From Balanoglossus misakiensis (Eukaryota > Animalia > Hemichordata), in the NCBI GenBank assembly GCA_040954595.2, contig CM082577.2:4030305-4094304 (forward strand): a DNA stretch of 64,000 bases, in the 5' to 3' direction. A program made the position numbers and the translations under genes. Positions 53,503-64,000 of the stretch are shown piece by piece; the stretch's first letter is position 1, and each line of letters opens with the position of its first letter. The notes under the pieces were generated by a model. That model made no database searches, was not told where the DNA came from, and worked only from the letters and a program-made list of their open reading frames with translations.

Positions 53503-55097
53503 TGGATCCAGGACACCATGTTATCGCGCAGTTTGTGTAAAAAAAAAAAAGAGAAAAAAAAATGTGGTACATTAGGTTTTTCTTTCAGTGGGAATGTTGT
53601 GAATCTACTCACTTACTCACTGGTTTGATATATTGTTGATATATATATATATGTTGTGACTGTGGACAACATTTGTGGCCAGTTTAAAAAAAACGATAGC
53701 TGTATTAAGAAGAAAACATTCTGGCACATAAGAGTGTCAGTTGGGACATCAAACAAGATTTGGTTTAGATGCTGCATTAATGTTTACCCGCACCCAAAAT
53801 GTTTCAATATTTCACCATGTTAAAATAAACCAAGCCATTTTTGTTCAGTTTACTCTTGCATGTTGTCTTTTTACTGAAAGGGAGAATTGAAACAAAAAAG
53901 TGTAATTACATGCATTATTGAATCACCTCCAAGACCAGATCTCCATTCTCTGGCCAGTGAAAAAAAAATTGTGTGGTTCCAATAACTGAATGAACCCTCT
54001 TTAAAACCAGAAGACCCTAAACTTTCTATGGGTATGTCAACATGGAAGTGGATAAAAAAATGTAATTTCTGCAATAAAGAAACAGAGAAAAGGCAACTTC
54101 GCATGAGACTTCGAATGATATGACATATCTGTGAATTGAAGATATCTTGTCACAAATATCAGAAAGTGACCCCATTTTTCTGAAAAGCATGTTATCAAAA
54201 CCACACAATTTTTTTGGCCTTGCGCAAGGACAGGGCGATTTTTTAAGTCATCAGTGTTCTGTTAGACAAAGTGATTTTGTAATTTTGTCCTAAAATCTAG
54301 TATAGTTGTAGTCCGCATTGCTTGACACGTGTGAATAGATCTAACTGCAAGATCACAGTGGGTTGTGCTTTGGGCATTCACTGCACTGAAACATTTTGTG
54401 GAATCAGACATCGTAGACCCAATGTGTACACTAGCGTGCAGACGACTTGCAGAGAAATAAACAGTTGTTTTGGTAACGGAATGGGAAGTTATGAACAATG
54501 TAGAGATAAAAATTTGATTCCTTCAGCTTTTCTGAAGACCGTGTTATATTTGTCAGAGTCACAAACTGAAGGGGTGAATAACTAGGGGGCCAGTTATGAC
54601 ATTTGCAAACCATATACCTCAAATTTGAACCAGGGAAGCCAGTTTTTCCCTGCTTATGTATTTGATGGGGTTATGTAGATTGGGTTCTGCTTTTCTGTCA
54701 AGGGCACCTGTGCTGTGCAGCCATGCATGTTTGTCTGAACCGACTCAAACACACCTGAACTGATTTTGTTCAGACTTTACAAATGACAATGGGTTGGGGT
54801 ACACTTTCAGGTGCAGTCCTAATATAATATGGCAGCCTGGCGGCCATTTTGTTACAGATTTTTCATGTCTGAGGGCTTTTCTCTGACACTAAACTGATTT
54901 CTTCTGAGCCTACCTGTAGCTTTGTTAGTGACAGATCACATCAGATAGGTCAGTTGTCTGTCGATCAACAATTTGCTTCTCAGAAACAACTGGTCAATAC
55001 TGAAGTTATATTCAATATACTGATCCCTCATGTTGGATCAAGTTAGACCTTTTAGAATTGTGAAAAAATCAACATTTCATTTTTGGGGTAATATTTA

Positions 55098-55240
55098 AGC
55101 AATAAAACACCCCCAGCCATGGTATATCACGAGATTTTGACCAGTTCACGACATATACGCACGAGCGATAGCGAGTGCGTATATGGAGTTGAACTGGTCA
55201 AAATCGAGTGGTATACCATGGCTGGGGGTGTTTTATTGCT
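55098..55240. repeat. 143-bp near-perfect palindrome, probably part of a non-autonomous DNA element
   Basis: agcaataaaacacccccagccatggtata...gcacgagc-gata-gcgagtgc...tataccatggctgggggtgttttattgct. Confidence 0.9.
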
Positions 55241-57651
55241 ATTATATTATGCCAGTATATTGAAACTTTGCATAAAACATTTTAAAAAGGCATTTTCTTT
55301 AACTATGATATATGACTGTGGTATATGGCTAATATATCACGGTCACGTGTCGTGTTTCGACCAATCAAATAGCGTGATTTACACCATCAATATACTGGTA
55401 TAATATAATTATTGTTTTTGGTCAACAATCTGCTAGGGAAGATCTAAGTCCCTCATGATGATCTAAGACTGATTAGCTAAATTAAGACAAAATCTGCAAT
55501 ATGTAGTATATTTTGGGGGTAATTTTTGAGATTTTGGATTTTAAAAAATCTTGGAAATCTGCTTGTCTGGTTGCTTGGAATATGGTATACAGGTCCCTTA
55601 TAAGGAAGAATGCAATTGTTTTTGGATATTTCTCTCAGAAATTGGCTGACATGTTTGAAATTTTCTCAGTCACATCTGAGAGCTTTGAAATGTAGTTCAT
55701 GGGTATCTAGGGATCCACCTTTCCTGTTGTGTACAACTTGAAAATAAGTTTTAATTTTCTGATTTTGATTTATAAAAACTCCGCTTTATTAGCTGTCGAC
55801 TGGTTAGTCGTTTTTGATTAGTTGGAATGCAAATTTCTTCACTAGCATTTCCCATACATGGTTGAAATAGCGAAGTGGAGTTGCTGTTTGTTTCAGTATG
55901 GCTCCTTGCATTTCATTTGAATTTTTGACACCCATTCTTGTGACCAGTTGTGTCTTGGGCAATTTGTAAGACGTTTGTCATGGATATGTTGATCCAGAAA
56001 GAGTATGACACTGACATGGACTTAGATCAAGCTCTAACAATTAGTGAGCTAGAAAATTGCTACTACTGCACTAGTTAAAAGTTAAAACTGTATCGAAATA
56101 AAAATGCATTTATTCGAAAACCTTTTGAGTTAAAAACAAGCTGTTTTCTTTCAGTGTCTGCCCTATTGCAAGATTTTTTTCAGGGCCATTGAAACATATA
56201 CCTCACTGTCAGGCCAAGGCCAGAACAATATGTGATGAAACGTTCTTGAAAAGCAGGGAGACAGACCGTGTCAAACCCTACCTGTACATCAGATTGCCTA
56301 ATCAAAATGAAATGCGTAGATGAAAACTTAATGTTTCTGTGTTTTTTAGACAAACTGGCATCACGACATGAAAGCATCAGCTGGGAAGTATGGTTGTGTC
56401 AGAATCCCTACTGGTGTGGTGGATGTAAAACCTTGTAAGAGACATTTGGACCACCCTGACTACAAAGTGTACTTGAAAGGCAGCCACTGCACAAACTACA
56501 ACTTTCCTATTTCTAACAGTTTATGCAAACTACAGCATGTCAAAATCAATCTGGTTGCATTGTATACAGCTGGCTGCACTTTCTACCAGTCACAAGCAAG
56601 CGGGGCTCACTGATAGTACAGTCTGATACTTCTTCACTTAATTGGAGTATCTGAATTTCTGAGAAAAATGATCTCGAACATGGATCTTAAAAATGGTTAT
56701 AACTACCCAAGTAGCTAAGCTTATAAAACAATCTGACATAATTTCATAGTATTTTTGTCTATTTTCACATTTCCCCACAGCTCATTTGCATAAATTTGGT
56801 AGAGAAATTTGAACAAATTCCCAATTACAATCCAGTATGCACTAACATGCAAAGCAGTTTAGAATAGCAATCTACATATATGCAAATCATAAGAAAAAAA
56901 TTAATAACTTCCTCTTTCTCATACATGTGAGGAACCAAGTTACTTTATTTCAAAACAAGTTTACAAGACAGTCAAATTACAATCTTTTTTTTTTAAAAAG
57001 TGAATATTCCATCCGATCTTCAATAATTTTCTGAGAAGTATTACTCATCTCTATGCTGTGCATGTTTGAATTTAATTAATACTGTGTCTTTAACACAATC
57101 TGACTGTCATGGACATCTCTGTAACCAAATTTTACGAGTAACTCTTCAAGATCCATTAGTTGTAAACTGGCATTTTGGTAGGATTCTTTATTCTGTATAA
57201 ACAACTGCTGTTTCTTTTTTCTACTCCCTAAAAGCGCCAAGCTTCCCAACAGCCTTCATGTATGTGGTGTAGTCAGCATTGCCATTGTTGAAGACTGAAT
57301 TCAAACCTGTAATTAATTTTTCAACACTTACAATTCTGGGAATTTCAGCACACTATAGGGAGCAGAACAACCTGCAATTAATACCCAGAACAAAAATACT
57401 GATAAAATAAAATAGCTGAATGTTACAGAGCTAATGGACCTGTACAAATGGAAAATTGCAGTAATCATGATGCTGACTCATTTAAATTTTTTTCTTCAAG
57501 ACTCTCATGGTTACCTTTGTAAAAGCTAAACAGCTGGTCAAATACTTTTCAATACATACATTCATAACTGTATAAGGACAAAAAAAATACAATATGAAAA
57601 CTAAAGTTACAAGTGAAAAGATTAACAATGACTGAAAAAAAAAGCACAACG

Positions 57652-63205
<5,554 letters not shown>

Positions 63206-64000
63206 TTATTCAAACAGGAAAATAAACATGACATTATCGGTAGTCATTTGGCTTGTACCTGTTTTCCAAGGGTTGAAGAATCGTACCCCCATACCCCCCA
63301 CACATCTATCTGAATATGCAATGTTCATCTATTTGCTTCATGGGATGTTTTACCCAAGATATTGAACATGGCATTGCCAAACAGGAAAAAAACAATCTCA
63401 AAAGACTGGCTTTCTGAAATGGACACTGCGACATTTGCTATCTGTGTGCCAAACAATGGTCCTTCCACACACACACCGGTCTGGCAATGAATACCAGTTT
63501 CAGTTTTTATATGAATTTTATTGACCAAATTTGACTACATTAGTCACGGACTAATTAAACTGGAAGTTGCTGTTTTGCATCTGATACCATGTCTTGTGTT
63601 AGAAATCACTATTTTTTAACAAAACATTTATTGCAAAAAAATAAAATCATGGCTATAAATACATGTACTCGTGCATTTTTAAAATTGTGACAATTGCCAC
63701 CAACACTTAAAAATGGTGTGTGAGATATGAATGACTATATATTTTCTAAACATTTTATTTCTTGGGTTTTATATGCAAGGCCTGTTGGCTGATGACATTT
63801 TTGCCACAAGTACTGCACTAAGAAAGCCTTACAACTGTTCTGGACCACTTGCACAGACATCAACTAGCATGGCTCATTAAGAGAATTATCAGCCTTTCCT
63901 AAAGCCCCAATCAACTTTCTCATCTACCTCCATGAAAGTGTTAGTCGACACAATAATACAATAACAGTGTAAGAGTACAGGTACTTTCCAATGGTGGATT

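Overview
This is AT-rich, intron-containing animal (invertebrate bilaterian) genomic DNA, not prokaryotic; the species cannot be fixed from sequence alone. Seven conserved spliced genes were rebuilt by hand with frame-consistent splice sites: RBBP6 (+, 5' end outside window), NAA60 (-), RRP7A (+), INTS15/C7orf26 (-), a GGA adaptor (-), HAPSTR1/C16orf72 (+) and U2AF2 (-, 5' end outside window). Between GGA and HAPSTR1 lies a single-coding-exon 194-aa gene resembling a SLATT 2TM effector of bacterial nucleotide-signalling defence systems, apparently carrying eukaryotic expression signals. Other highlights: a tandem array of decoy 3' splice sites plus a candidate poison exon in a U2AF2 intron, an AT-AC (U12) intron in NAA60, a YDPR repeat in RBBP6, TTAA-flanked MITEs and several long hairpins. 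Gene identities rest on remembered family motifs; no database search was run.
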